Assembly (NCBI GenBank): GCA_965113315.1
Contig: OZ220367.1
Strand: one strand, 5' to 3'
DNA length: 64,000 bases
From: Podarcis vaucheri
Lineage: Eukaryota
The notes below the pieces were generated by a model. It had not been told where the DNA came from. It searched no databases and worked only from the letters and a program-made list of their open reading frames with translations. Positions within the stretch are counted from its first letter, which is position 1. The number at the start of each line of letters is the position of its first letter. A program made the translations under genes and the position numbers. Below, piece after piece: positions 1-13,016 of this stretch.

Positions 1-47
1 TTTGATTCTATATCACAGCATGGCCATGTGTCCATTTTCTTTTACAT

Positions 48-95
48 ACACACACACACACACACACACACACCTATATATATATATATATATAT
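48..95. repeat. (CA)n(TA)n compound microsatellite
   Basis: Directly visible. Confidence 0.95.
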
Positions 96-751
96 GGGTT
101 GGTTTTCTTTTTTTAAAAAAAGTTCCGGCTACAAGAAGTTTCTCTCTTTCAAAGAACATGGTTTAAAATGAAACAATCTCTCAAAACTAATCACCATCTA
201 ATGAACTTTCCAGTTTTGAAAGGCTGCATTTCACAAACATCTTGTGAAGAAACCATCTTCACAGGACAATCATTTATCTGAAGGTTTCATATTGGGGGCC
301 AGGAACTGGCAGGTGCGTCACAGGTACCAGAATCAAGGTGATGCAATCCTGTATATGTCCAAGATCATCCCTCTACAGTGCCCGTATGGATGGCTTTATA
401 CCCTTGCGCTATGCCCAAGTACCTAAGCTTGATAAAACAAACAATATGGATGTTCCCATTTCAGTTATCTAACACAGAAACACCATTATCATCCCTAGTT
501 TCAGGAAAGTTCTGGCCACCTGTTGCAACCCAAGCTTAGCACACTTCCTCTTATCCCACTTTGAGCTAATGAGCAATTCAACGAGCAATTTCCAGATTGA
601 CGTTCGCTCAACTTAGAGCTAAAGAGCAAATTTTCCCTGGAAAAGGAGCAGGGAAACCACTTGAACCATACTTTCTAGGTATGGGACAAGCGGAAGTGTG
701 GATGAGCCCTCAGTGATTTTGCCAAGTTTCTGTGCAGGTGTGCATGCTTCA

Positions 752-1049
752 CAGAGGCATAGATGGGGGGGAGGGCGGGGGCGCCACTGGGTGCCACACC
801 GTGGGGGTGCCCAAACCAAGCATTTCTCCTGGGAGTGACACGGTGGCTCATGCATCTGCAGGCTCCGCAGTGTCGAAACAGCAGTGTGGAGCTTGCAGCC
901 ACCTGCTGCCTCCCCCTCAGCTGCCCTACAGATGAGGGAGAGGCGGTGGCCTGCCCTGGCTAAACCCCACCCAGTGGGTGGCTTCCCTTGCCCCTGGGTG
1001 CAGGGCATGCACGCCGCCCCAGGTGTCCTAGTGGCTAGCTACACTGCTG
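752..1049. mobile_element. hAT-type non-autonomous DNA transposon (MITE)
   Basis: CAG...CTG termini with imperfect TIRs (cagaggcatag / ctacactgctg); perfect 8-bp TSD ATGCTTCA at 744-751 and 1050-1057; GC-rich interior. Confidence 0.8.
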
Positions 1050-1179
1050 ATGCTTCAGCTATAAGGAGAGATCACTCCATAGGTCAAAAGGGTCTGTGGG
1101 CTGAATGGCCAAACATTTTGAGCTGCGCCTTTGCATTACATAAAAGCAGCATTCAGTTGCAAACAAATTCATTTTGATC

Positions 1180-3440
1180 TTTTTATGAGCCACCTTTGGC
1201 TTACGCCCCAAAGGCAGTGTGCAGTTAAAAGAACAAACAAAAACAACACAAAAATTCACCATCAAAAACAATGTAAAACACAGAAACAGCAGCATCCATC
1301 CCCAAAAAACCAAACCAGACATCCAACTGCAATTTAAATCAGCTATTCAACACACCGAAATGCATGGGAAAATAAGGAAAGGAAATTGCTGCCAAAAACA
1401 CTTTATAATGAGTGGTGGGGAGACTTCCGGGTTGGCGCCTCTGGCAATGGCGGATTTCCTCTGATCGGGAGGAATCCGCTCCATGGAAATCAGGGTCTGG
1501 ACCGCCACGGCGAGGCGGAGACCCACCAAAAACCACAGGCGGGAGAAGCCTGTGGACGTGGGATTCGGCTGGCACCTTTTGCGCCTCTCCTACTCGCGGG
1601 GAAACCCGGTTTCGGGGATCCGGACCGACGTGGGGTGAATGGCGCGGTGCTTCAAATCGACTGCTTCTTTCACGGAAGTGTTGCCGGAGAGCGCTGACTT
1701 TTTCCTGTGGACAATTGGACTCTAAACAACTACCCGTGAGTAGAACGGAAAATTGGATCTCTAAACTTCTTAATTTGGCATCGAAACGGGAAGGCTTCAA
1801 ACAGGAAGTCCGCCTTCCTCTTTTGTAAATAGATTGAAGCAAAGACATTGCAAGCTAAAGCCTGGAAAGTCTTTTGTAAAGGATTAAATCTCCATCGGTT
1901 AAAATTACTAAACCCCCCTTGGAAGCAGGAGAAGAGGGGGGAAATTCTAGATCGTTTAAGCCTGCAGGAGAGAGAGTGAAGAAAGATAAATCACCACCGT
2001 TTCGAACCTGGGAACGGGCTGCCAGTAAGATTGACGTTTTGGGAAAGTTCATTGACTGTGAATAAAACGTATGTTGACAGATAGTTAAATAAGAGAAATA
2101 TATTGTTTCCACTGTTTCCTTTTGCACTTAAAAAGGAGCAAAAAAAGTAACTGAAAATCGAAACTAACTCTGTCGCTGGATCTGCATTTAAAAGGATGGA
2201 TACAAATAGAAATTGTTTCCCCTAGAGGGAGCTTTTGAAACTGTCGCAGGAGTGGAGCTGGGGAATTTTCCAGCTGCAGAGATTAAAGAGCGTGAGAATC
2301 AGAGTCTGACCTTGGACAAGAATGTTGACAGAAGAAGCCTTAGTGATTGCATTTTGCAAGACAAGTGCTTTATTGGAACAGCTTCATGAGAAGATGGATG
2401 TGATGATTATTAAAATTGACAATTCGGGACAAAAAATGACTGAGTTGGGACTGAGTTAATGGTAAGATAAGGTTAAAATAAATTAAGATAATTAAATGAT
2501 AGAAAACAGTGAAAGATGAAAAGGATTTGCTGAAATAATTAATAACTAGAACACAAAAAGGGAGGTGTGAGGAGGTCGATGAAACAGGTTAATGAAAGAT
2601 AAAGATATGGAAATAATGGATGTGTTTTTAACTGTTTTTGCTTTTGTTTTTGTTTTGATGTATTGTGTCTTTTGCTTTTTTATATGTATTGTAATGTATT
2701 GATCTGTACTGTTTATTTTTTCTCTTTCTTTTTTACTTTTTTCTTTTTCTTTTTCAATTCTTAAACTTTTAATAAATATTATTTTTTTTAAAAAATATAA
2801 TGAGTGGTGGGGTAGCTAGTCCAATAAAGACATTGTAAATACAAGGTCAGATGGTTGTGGGATCCAAACAAAGGCCTTGAGGGAAGACCTTGCATTTTGG
2901 GTAGAATCAAGTGGGAGAGAGTAGTCCTTTAAGTAACAGACCCCAAGTTATCCAGGCAATAGCCAGCACTTTCAAATGTGCCTAGAAAGGAACCAGCAAC
3001 TATTATAGTTATTTAAGAACTGGTGAGATGCAGTCTCTATAGCTAATACACTGTAGCTGCTGTGTTTTGTACTAATGGAAGTTTCCAAGGTCTTCAAAGG
3101 ATATATAATACAGAGTGCATTTCATGAGTCCACACTAAATGTTACCAGAGCACCAATAATTGTGGCTGGACAATCTAGCAGGGGTTGCAGCCGATCTACC
3201 AGTTCCAGTGACAGTGCTTCATCAATCAGCAGCACCAGACTGTGAACTCCAGAGACCGTAACCCCATCCTTAGGGAAATGCAACCCAGTCTGTTCTAACT
3301 ATCTGAACTGGCCAGAATGCATTTTTGCTCAAGAAATGTCTGGATTTCAAAATAGGAAACATGATTTAAATCATATTGATCACACTGATTTATAATAGCA
3401 CCAGCTGTACGGAAGGCTATCTTGAGACCATTTATTCTGA
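1180..3440 (-). mobile_element. Old degraded L2 LINE 3' portion, interrupted by a younger L1-like insertion
   Basis: A-rich 3' UTR-like stretch at 1180-1400; at 2813-3440 motifs resembling reverse-strand squamate L2 ORF2 (ccagcactttcaaatgtgcc, gaagtttccaaggtcttcaaagg, agagtgcat...gttaccagagca). Boundaries approximate. Confidence 0.55.
1421..2795 (+). mobile_element. Full-length non-autonomous L1-like retroelement (~1.4 kb)
   Basis: 17-bp TSD TATAATGAGTGGTGGGG at 1404-1420 and 2796-2812; CpG-rich 5' end (GACTTCCGG...ATGGCGG); T-rich 3' UTR, AATAAA and short A tail; no RT ORF. Confidence 0.8.
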
Positions 3441-4482
3441 ATCCATTCCATGTACCCCAGTGAGAGCCCATTTTTGTAAATTTCTGCTTGATGGCTGGAT
3501 CACATGGGTATGAACCATATGAGCGACACATTGCTTAATGGGAAGGGCATCACTAATATTGCATGTGCAAGCATGATGTATAAAGCAGGTCTGAGAGTTA
3601 ACAAGGGCAGTTCTTTTTATGGCAATAGGCCTTTGAAGGAAGGGAAACAGAAGGGGGGGCACAGAGATTGACGAAGAATGAGCCAAGTGGTAGGGCAGAA
3701 TGAAGTACTGAGAGCTGCATGGAGCAAACCTGATTATCTGACCACTGAAAGCTCTGTCTGACTTTCCTTTCCAACTGTTTTCTACAACCAAGACAGCCTT
3801 CAAAGTTAAATCACAACAGCTGAGATTCTCAGGATGCCAACTTCTGTTCTAGATATAACTGCTTTCTGTGTCTGCATGGTACGCATATGCAGTGGTCCAA
3901 ATGGACATCGCAATAACACTTTTGAGTACAGATGGAAATTGTTTACTCAGAGGGCCATTTTCATGTACTATCTGGATCTGCAGTGAAGAAGTTGAGCTCA
4001 CTTATATTTCAAAGTGCACACAAGGCATTAAATGGAGTGCTTCATTTTCAAATTAAGTTGGGAAATGTGAAGAGTTAATAAGCTGCAGCCAGAGCTTATA
4101 CTAATCAGTTGCATGGATTTTGCTATCTTCAAAGTCAGCAGCAATTGCATCCTCTTATAAACCGGCATTCCAGCATACATCCAAATCGTTCTGTCCTCCC
4201 ATCACAATACTTATCCTGTTTGTTATTCCAAGGGTGAAAGCAGACGCAATATATAAACATATCTCTTTCAGAAGACTGCTAATGTTTGAGTATTCTGAAC
4301 AGGGGTGCTTCAAATTCTGGGTTTAGTTTTGGGCATACACAGCACACTCCACACTTGTAAGAAATAGGATAAAAACATTCTTTGGCAAGCATGAAAATGC
4401 AGCTCAAAGCAACCTGGTCAAGGTTTGGGGGAAGGACAAGACAAATAAGCAAACCAAGCTCAAGCATTTGACAATGTCCTAC

Positions 4483-4545
4483 CCTCTGCCCCCTTTTCCC
4501 TGGCAAACCTGGGGGGCCCATCTTCCCTGCAACTCCACGGTCTCC
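4483..4545 (-). CDS. COL13A1: COL13A1 exon, 63 nt, [21 protein letters not shown]
   Basis: ccaaataaag|GGA...AGG|gtagga; 7 perfect Gly-X-Y triplets. Confidence 0.88.
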
Positions 4546-4856
4546 CTTTATTTGGAGGATGGGTAAGAAAAGGGAGGCAGAGAATTATGTCTGTTGCGCT
4601 TGACTGGTAGCCTCCAAGCACAACATAGCCAAACCCTGAAACACCTAAAAGAAATAGCAAACTTGCTAAAACTTCTACTTTTGTTGCTGATAGCAACAAC
4701 AACAGCAGTAGGATTTATATAGAGTTTTAAAGTGGTGAAAACACTTCACACACCTAATCTCAGTAATCTACACAGCAACTCTGTAAAGTAGGTCATTATT
4801 GGTGCCCTTCTATTGAAGCTTGGGGAGGAGATCTAGAGCTAAGATATAGTAGCTCC

Positions 4857-4905
<49 letters not shown>
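4857..4905. repeat. (ATAG)n microsatellite
   Basis: Directly visible. Confidence 0.95.
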
Positions 4906-5095
4906 AACTTCTACAGACCATGGTAAAATTTCACTTGTCTCCTGCTGGGGAGGGGAGAGGAAAATAGGGAACATCTCTACTGACCAAAGTATTCACATAC
5001 TCACATCCTGATTATAACACCAGATCTCCTTAAGAGACTTAAAATAAAACATGGACAAAGCAGACTAAGAACAGACGTTTCTTTAAGTGCAATAC

Positions 5096-5122
5096 CTTTG
5101 CTCCTGGCATCCCTGGCTCACC
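5096..5122 (-). CDS. COL13A1: COL13A1 exon, 27 nt, GEPGMPGAK
   Basis: taatgcag|...|gtattg. Confidence 0.93.
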
Positions 5123-6966
5123 CTGCATTAGGAAAAGATGGAAAAACAAACTGAGAGAAGAAGAGAGGAGAGGGGTGATTCTTTTACTTCCAGCACTAAC
5201 AGGCAGAGTAGGTGACCATTCTTTGAAGAAGACCTCATGCCAAAGCCCCACTTTAACTTTATTTCAATTTGCATTTACGTCTGTCTAATGGGTTTCACTA
5301 GGTCTCACACAGCTGTGTACTGATGTGAAATTCACTCATGCAACTTTCTATCCAGCTTTAAACGGACCAAAAGTATTTTATTTCAAGACTCAAAAATGGA
5401 ATCTGCAGAAATACAGATGGGCAAGAGTTGTTAATATTCAAGTTTGAGGGTGGAACTAATGAAGAAAACACTGAGTTCTGATGTTTTCCTTCTAATGCAA
5501 ATGTCAGTCAGGGCTATTTTCTGGGGAGAATCAGTAGATGGGAAAGGATTTGAAGTCTTCCCTCGCTTGCAGATTTTGCCCTGCAAATATTGTCCTAAGG
5601 AGGCAACTTGGAAAAAGAGAACCATGACTCTGCAGATAGGAGCAATGTTGATTTGGGCCACCAGAGCCATAGTGCCCTTCTTTACATTCTCCCATAGAAG
5701 TGAATGGAGCACAATAACGTGTTGCTCTTGGAGAAACTCTGGTAATGACACTGGGGGCTCAACCACACTTCCCTTCATCCCATGATTTCTTGGTCCAAGA
5801 GGTTTTTCTTCTGTCCCACTACTTTCCCTCAGAAAACCTGTGCTTTACTGCTGAATTGGAACCAACATCAATCTGCAGAAAACCCAAATACCATTTGTTC
5901 TGATTCAACAAAAACCCGCAGATTTTCTTGGAGAAAGCGGCAGGACAAGAAAAAAACTTCTCAGACCTGTGTCTAGAAATCATGAGACAAATGGAAGTGT
6001 GGATGAACTCTGGGTGGCCCAGCCCTCGCCAACAGAATTCCCAGGGAGGAGGAAGTCCCATTTGCTTCAGTGCAGAGTACAAATATAACATTCCACCCTC
6101 TGCACATATCCTACCTTTTAAAAGGAATTTTGGTAGCGCTATAAAATTACTCTGATGAGGCAGGTGCCTCGGACTCAGCTATACAGCTGCAAATAAAATG
6201 TGTGTTGTGAAGTGCATTATACAAATGTGGCATTAGATGGCAATGGTGAGCTATGGCAAATTCAATATTCTTTTCAAACATTTTTTTAAAAAAGCATTTC
6301 ACAGTCTGCGAGAAAAGTTATATCATGATCATTTAAAAGAAATCACTCTGGTCTGTGTTTCTGTTTGCAACAGTGTTATAATGTCTCTGTAACACCAGCA
6401 TCTCATGTGAGTTGTGGTACTATATTTTTGTACACCACTCTAAGCACTGGTTTGCTGGCACATCAAAGCTGCTTTACGTCTTTTTTTAAAAAAACAACAA
6501 CAGTGCATGATATGAGAATCTGCCATTGTGGCTATTTAATTAATCTGATGGATGCACATTATGAACTTCCTTATGAACTACCAGACATTATCTTAAACAT
6601 TTGCACTTTTGACTAAGTGTCACTTTGTTGTTTTTTTAACTATGAAGGAACTTTGGACTCATAGGATCTATCCAGTGGATTATAATCTCTACTACATTAC
6701 AAAACACTAGATGTGATGTTTCGGAGTGCAATAAAACCCCAAAATTTAGCAGTTGAACTGGCAAAAAAGCAAGTTGTATTAAGGATAATTCTTTTTTAAA
6801 AATGCTTTTTATTAAAACAGCAGCTCTAATCTCAGGGCTGTGCTTTGCTTTTCAGTTCTCTGCTCCCCACTATTTGATGCTAAGTTGAGAGCACACCTCG
6901 GTTTTCATCTCCTAAGAGTGCTCTACAGCCCCCCCCCCCCCGGGAGGTTAGCACTTGAAAACTAAC

Positions 6967-6999
6967 CTTCATGCCTGCCACCGCAATTCCAGGATCCCC
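6967..6999 (-). CDS. COL13A1: COL13A1 exon, 33 nt, [11 protein letters not shown]
   Basis: ctctgtcag|...|gttagt; conserved GIAVAGMK interruption. Confidence 0.95.
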
Positions 7000-7389
7000 C
7001 TGACAGAGAAAAAGGAAAGACAGGGATACTTTGATAGATGGTGAAAAAAGGTCTTTGCTCAAGAGAGAAAGTTTCAGAAAGTTTCTCTTTTTTTTCTTGG
7101 GGAGGGGGCAAAGCATACCTAAGGTAATGTAAAATAGAAGCCAACAGCCTTGGAAGATTACTAGGACCAAACTAGATGTGACAGCAGCACAGGGCATGTT
7201 GGGTGCATCTGGTTTTTCATAGAAAAAGGGTGTGTGTGTGAATGAATCCCTAACCAAACCCGCTGCTTACTTCCCTCTAGCCTCTCCCCGCAAAGACTTT
7301 TCTGATGCCAGAGCACAGATAACAAAAGCATCAACACACAAGAGCACAGGAAGCTCCCTGATACTGAGACAGATCACTGGTCCATCCAG

Positions 7390-7477
7390 CTCAATGTTCC
7401 CCAAACTTGGATCTCCAGCTGTTTTTGGACTACAACTCCCTTTAGCCCTGACTATTGCCCATGCTGGCTGGGACTAG
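7390..7477. mobile_element. Truncated copy of the palindromic squamate hAT-like MITE
   Basis: ccaaacttggatctccagctgtttttggactacaactccc matches the full copy at 28007-28141. Confidence 0.7.
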
Positions 7478-8884
7478 CAGAATCTCATAACGCCCGTAGG
7501 ACTGCAAATTCCCCACCTCTGACCTAAAGGGGCACACTGCTGGGAGATAAGCTGCAGGTAGGAGCAAATTTTCTAAACCTAAATCCACACCTGTGTTCCT
7601 CTTTGAGTTCAAAGAGAGAAAGAGAAAGGTGGGGCGGGGAGGGGGAGAGAGGAAGAGGAAAAGAAAGGTCTGCTGCTGTCACCTCTGGCTTGGCCCTAAG
7701 GGATTCCTCAATGAGGAATTCAGTATTGGCAGACAAACTTCTCTCAAGCACAGTTTGCCTTCCATTACCATCTCCTGCAATGTTTGGTTGCAGGGAGTGC
7801 TAGGTGCATTGTGGAGCACATCACTGGTCCACATGTGCTTGGCTGGGGCACTGTGTGTGCTGAGAGGGCACCCTAGAAATCACTATAAATTGTTCGGTAC
7901 CACAAAGGGGTTCCTCAACACATGCAATGGGGTCCTTCCGCAGACAAATCAATGTGGAAAGAATTTCCTGAGGGCGGAGGTTTTAAGACTCTTGGGTCTA
8001 GACAGGAGTGTGTCACAGTTCCTCTACACTAGCATTATCAATGCATCTTGCTATTGTTTTTAAAGAGAAGATGTGCTATTACTTTTAGCAGAAACCAAAC
8101 ATTGGCTGTTTCATAATCTTAAGGTTTTCATCAACTTTATTGAACAGTTTATGGTCTCATGTATGCAATTGTGCATATCTAGTATTATTTTATGACTGAG
8201 GGAAAATGTGAATATTAGTAATGGGACATTAAGGTGGGGGAATGAAATGAAATGTAGCAAGAATGCTATACAGCCATGGGATCTGTCAGGAGATCTTTGT
8301 ACTTTAAATAGCAGGAAAATGAATAATTCCTCACATACGCAGGATTTTTTGTATAACATGTGACAAATGAGTGATTGGTTTTGTCCTCATATCTCTACCA
8401 GTTACTTAATCTTTGCTTTGCACTTGGATTCAGGCAAACTGTTGAGGTGGTAAAGCCACCACACAAGAAACAACTGGTTATTTTTACATATGACTTCACA
8501 CATTATCCAGGAGATTGTCAGCTACAGTATCTGCATTATGTCAGTGCATTTAAAAGAACAGTCCGCGTAAAAAAATATTGTCCTTTGATGACTTAGCTAT
8601 TTTGGCTGTTCATCTGAATCAAACTTGGGTGATTCTTTGTGAAGCCTGAAGCATATATTGAGGCTGATGAAAGGGATACTACAGAAAATGGCCTCCCTAT
8701 GATAAGGGACCCCAGCTCTGTCTATAATGGCTCCATCAGCACGTAATGCTAAACTATGTCTTAACATTATGAGGACAAGCCACAATGAGCCTAGGACTCT
8801 TGCATTCACTTCTCTTCTCCTCTCCTCTTTTGGCATAGCTGCAGGAAGGCTAGAATCTTCTGCTTCCATTTTATATTAACCACA

Positions 8885-9182
8885 GCTGTTCATTCTGTGC
8901 AACCCTAAACTGTGGTTAATCATAGTTACAATCTACTCAAACAAGCCAGATTTATAAGTCACAGTTTGAAGCTGACTTGTTTTAGCAAACCATATTTAAG
9001 AGTATCTGAAGTCTGCCCAGGTTCGAACATCATAACAAGCTGCAGTTAGTCAAATAAGGAAACATAAACTTATTAACTCCTCTTCATGGTTTTGCCAGAG
9101 AAGGAGGGACCAAGCCAAAGGCTCACTGCAACTCAGTTTTGTAACATAAACTGTGGTTTAGCATTACATGTGAACACAGCCA
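8885..9182. mobile_element. Palindromic MITE-like repeat (aaactgtggttta family); related copy at ~36120-36285
   Basis: Inverted motifs ctaaactgtggtt / aaactgtggtttagc and tttgaagctg...ttgttt shared with 36120-36285. Confidence 0.5.
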
Positions 9183-9399
9183 AAGTTGGGAAGTACACCT
9201 ATAAAGGCTGTTACCTTGTGTCTCCACATATCCTTCCCAATGGCCTCAAGATGGCCATGGATATGCAGAATGTAATGGCTCGATCCACTTGAAATACACT
9301 TACAAGTGTTTCAGCAGGAAGAAGGACCAGTCACCATAATGAGGCCACGTTCAGTAGCATTTTTATGGCAAAAATAATGCCCACTGTAGACCACTGTAT

Positions 9400-10130
9400 T
9401 TGACTGCACCCTATTAATGACTGGAAATGATGCTAATGGGGAGCAAGCTCATCAAAGCAGCCAATATATAACATGTAACACCTGGGCAGGGAAAGAAAGA
9501 TACTGGAAGCCTTTGGGAAGGATATCAAGTGGTAAGAATTTCCTAGACAAAAATTGCAGTGCAGATGAACCTTGAGATGAGTGCTTATTGGCTAAATAAA
9601 GGAGGTGGGCACATTCTACATATTAGTATCTGTTAGGCTCTTCAACGAGAGCATTTGATTACAAGAGCAAATGGTCCTAGGGAAAGAAGTGGGAACGGAT
9701 GGAAATATTTAATGTTAGACATAGAATAATGGGGGTTTGGAGAGTTTAGTGCAATAGATGAACAACAAAGAGACTTGCTTGGAGAAGCAGATTTAAATCA
9801 TAAACCAAGAAGGGCAAACAGGTTCAAACAGTGAAAGGTGTGAAGCAGATGGGGATGGAAGAAGAGGGAGAAGGATCATACCTCTCAACTTTCTGAAACA
9901 GAAATCAGGGGCATAGCTAAAAAACACAAGGACAGAAGATGGAAATCAGGGATTCTATGTAATAACAGGTGAAAGAAACATTCAGAAATGCATCAGATGT
10001 GAGTAATGTTTAGTAACTATGGGCTAGAGACATGAAGGGGATAAATATATATTGGGAGGGTGGATTTGATTGAAGAGATGGCATGTCAGTCCTTTAACAT
10101 GTAAATGAATGCAATTCTGGAATCCTTTAA
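9400..10130 (+). mobile_element. Very old CR1-like LINE remnant
   Basis: attaatgactgg...agcaagctcatcaaa resembles the IND...KLIKFADD region of CR1 RT; purine-rich and heavily decayed. Confidence 0.35.
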
Positions 10131-10634
10131 ATAAGGGTTATTCTGACCTAAAATATGTGAACTGGAGTTTAATCTGAATCGCAGCTATGAATTTAAATCT
10201 AAGCACATACTCAAGTGGAATTCTTCTCCACTCCTCTGAAAGTAATAAACATTTGAACCTTGATCCAATGGCAAATCAGTCAAATTTATGCTCTCTGTTT
10301 CCGTAGTGCAGATGAAGCACAGATTGGTTTAGTGGACCACACACTCATTGCAGTGGGTATCTTAAGGCACCCATTTCACTTCACTTCTTTCCACAATGGG
10401 AAAACTGTTGAGGAACAGGCATGCCATTTGTTCAGCAAAACATTTCTTCCTGGTTCTTCTTCCTTTTGCTAAATCAGACTTTGAGCTTTTTGTATTTTAA
10501 GAGTAGGAAATACATGTACAGAATACATGTAGAGAATGTTAAAGGTAATTGGTGTAATCTCTGAGACTCAGGGTCAGTTGAGAGGTATGGGTAAGGGTGG
10601 TTGGATAAGTCAGACTCCATTCCTTGCAGAATAC

Positions 10635-10679
10635 CTGAACTCCTTGTTTTCCTGGTAGCCCTGGCATGCCCCTCTCCCC
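10635..10679 (-). CDS. COL13A1: COL13A1 exon, 45 nt, [15 protein letters not shown]
   Basis: tatttcag|...|gtattc; human GERGMPGMPGKHGAK as recalled. Confidence 0.94.
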
Positions 10680-11469
10680 CTGAAATAGGAAAAAAAGATA
10701 AAGATAATGAAGATGGAAGAGTGAGGGGAAAACATAGGTCCCCATATGACCTTTGTTGGTAACCACTGAAACTGGAGAAAACTGTATTCCATAAGATCTC
10801 AAGAAGCTCTGACGATTCAGACTAGAAGACAACCATTGCTGTGATAATTTCTTACAATATAATTAGTAAATCCTGAATTTAGTATTAAACATTTGAAGTG
10901 TTAAAGTTATGATGAGAACATGGCTTTCTTCATCTTTTGCATGGGGAAAATGTCAAAACGTAATGCCAGAATCAAACTAGGGACTGGTTGTGCCAGCAAA
11001 TAAATAATCAGTGCAGCTCATGGCTTGTGGTGTTAGGTAGTGTTGCAGAGATATTATGCTAATATGCCATAGGCGTAGGGATTGACTTACGACCTTTTCA
11101 ATGTCACTTCAACTGGCTGATGTTAACTACCTTCCCAGAAAATACAGAACTTCACTGTGCTGAATTTATTACATCTGAAAACAACTTCTCTGCACGGCGG
11201 CCAAAACACAGATCAACTCTTTTGCTGTATGGGTAGTGTGTCAAATTCTCCCCAGCAATGCAAGCGATCATTTACCCTGCCATCATCATATCTTGTGTTT
11301 TCCTACCACATAATGACTGCAGAAATGGGATGATGTACAATGGACCACATGGAGCAAGTGAGCCTAAATACTATGGGAGGAGAGAGGCAGTACGATTCAG
11401 TGATGCTGGAGTTTTGGATGACACTTCCTTCCTATGTGTGTAACATATAGACATGAACGTCTCTCTGGA

Positions 11470-11735
11470 CTATGGATGGATGATTGTGACAATTTTAGTT
11501 ACTCCCAGTTCCTCATTTCCCCAAACGTAACTTCAGTTCACCACATTTCCACATCAGTATTCTATTTTTTAATAAACCTTTTCATGAAAATCTGAGTACA
11601 TTTACGTGCTAATTTCTTTTAATAAACACATTTCTGTTTACAATTTTTCCAAATATACACATTTTTGCAAGCAATTTCAAAAATGCAGAATGCATCTTTG
11701 AATGTCATTTTCACTAATATATACAGGCACACACC
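11470..11735 (+). mobile_element. Partial copy of a TAGGGATG-terminated non-autonomous DNA element
   Basis: ttcagttc...acatttccacatcag...atgaaaat...atatacacatttttgcaagcaattt...ttcactaatata shared with 27185-27598, 37584-38090 and 60950-61203. Confidence 0.65.
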
Positions 11736-11798
11736 CCTACTTATGTGTGATCAATTCACACGTGACCGCATATACGCACGACACCAGGAAATAAACAA

Positions 11799-11800
<2 letters not shown>

Positions 11801-11838
<38 letters not shown>
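11801..11838. repeat. (AGAC)n microsatellite
   Basis: Directly visible. Confidence 0.95.
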
Positions 11839-11839
<1 letters not shown>

Positions 11840-12890
11840 TAAAAGGGATTTGAACAGTATATAAACCAAACATGTGTGTTCACAAGTGCCAAAAATGGGA
11901 GAACAGTTTTGATTGTCACTAAAGCTAACACGAAACAATGTACTGGAATTTGTTTCTGCTTCTAACAAACCAGCAGAGGGCAGCCCAGGATCTCAATTCA
12001 AAGTTTGAGGGTGGGCTGTTGGGGGGGGGGGGGAGAGAAAGAGACAAAATGCTGTTCATTTCTTCCCACCAGGACAGTCTCCTGCTGGTTTCCTCTTTAA
12101 ACTACAAGTTTCATGGAGCTTTGATTTTTCTTAACCATGAAATTGACGCTTCCTTCTCATCACAATCCAATTGGAAAACCTGGATTAAGAAGATCTCCAG
12201 ATCTCCAGGGTTTAATGATCTGGCTGTGCTCACAGACAGGTTGTGAAACTCTTGATGTATAATCCCTTTCACCTTGGAGAATGTGTATGTATTTTTCAGC
12301 TGCCTGGAAAATCAGGAGGCAGCCTCTGGGTAGGTGTGGAGAACATCACTGGGATATGCTAGTTAGCACTGATATTAGTTGCTAATGATTACCCACCTTC
12401 CTCTTAATATGCAACTTGCTGTTGGGTAATGACAGACACAACATGTGAATAACTGTGGTGTCTTTGAAAGCAGACTCATTGCAACCTACTATGAAGTTAG
12501 TCTAGGCCGCAGCCTAGGGCAGCAGTTTATAAGGGGCTGCCTTTCTGCACAGTAGGTGACGGATGTCAAGTTTTCTTTCCTATTAGTACCTTAGTGCATG
12601 TATTTCTCTTGCTCATGAACAGTAAGGAATAAGGGAAGAATGGAGCGTCTGTACTTAAAAAAGAATAGGGAGGATATGACCATTAAATTACCTTGATACA
12701 TGTGCTGGGAAGCCAATTGTATTAGCATATCTTGTTTTGCACCGTCTTGATATTGTATGTGAGTGGGCAGCACATAAAAACATTAATAAATCAAATTTGT
12801 CTCAGTAAGTTGTAGCGGGTACATTGAAAAGACAAGCTATTAAATAGACATTTTTAGATGAGTTTACACACATGAAGTAGTGTGTAATTG

Positions 12891-13016
12891 TATAGTTGGA
12901 AGGGACCCTGAGGATCATCTAATCCAACCCCCTCCAATGCAGGAAAATGCAGCTCTCCCATACGGGGATTGAACCTGCAACCTTGGTTCCAACCATCACA
13001 CCAACCAACTGAGCTA
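12891..13016 (-). mobile_element. Short tRNA-derived SINE with CR1-like 3' tail
   Basis: Minus strand: A box tagctcagttgg, B box ggttcaatccc, tail ggattagatgatcctcagggtcccttccaact. Confidence 0.8.

Noticed and set aside
1339-1848. 169-aa antisense ORF and overlapping 103/138-aa ORFs in the L1-like 5' UTR (ORF0-like idea)
   Set aside because: GC-rich sequence is stop-poor, there is no recognisable domain, and the ORF runs through the TSD into flanking DNA, so it is not element-encoded.
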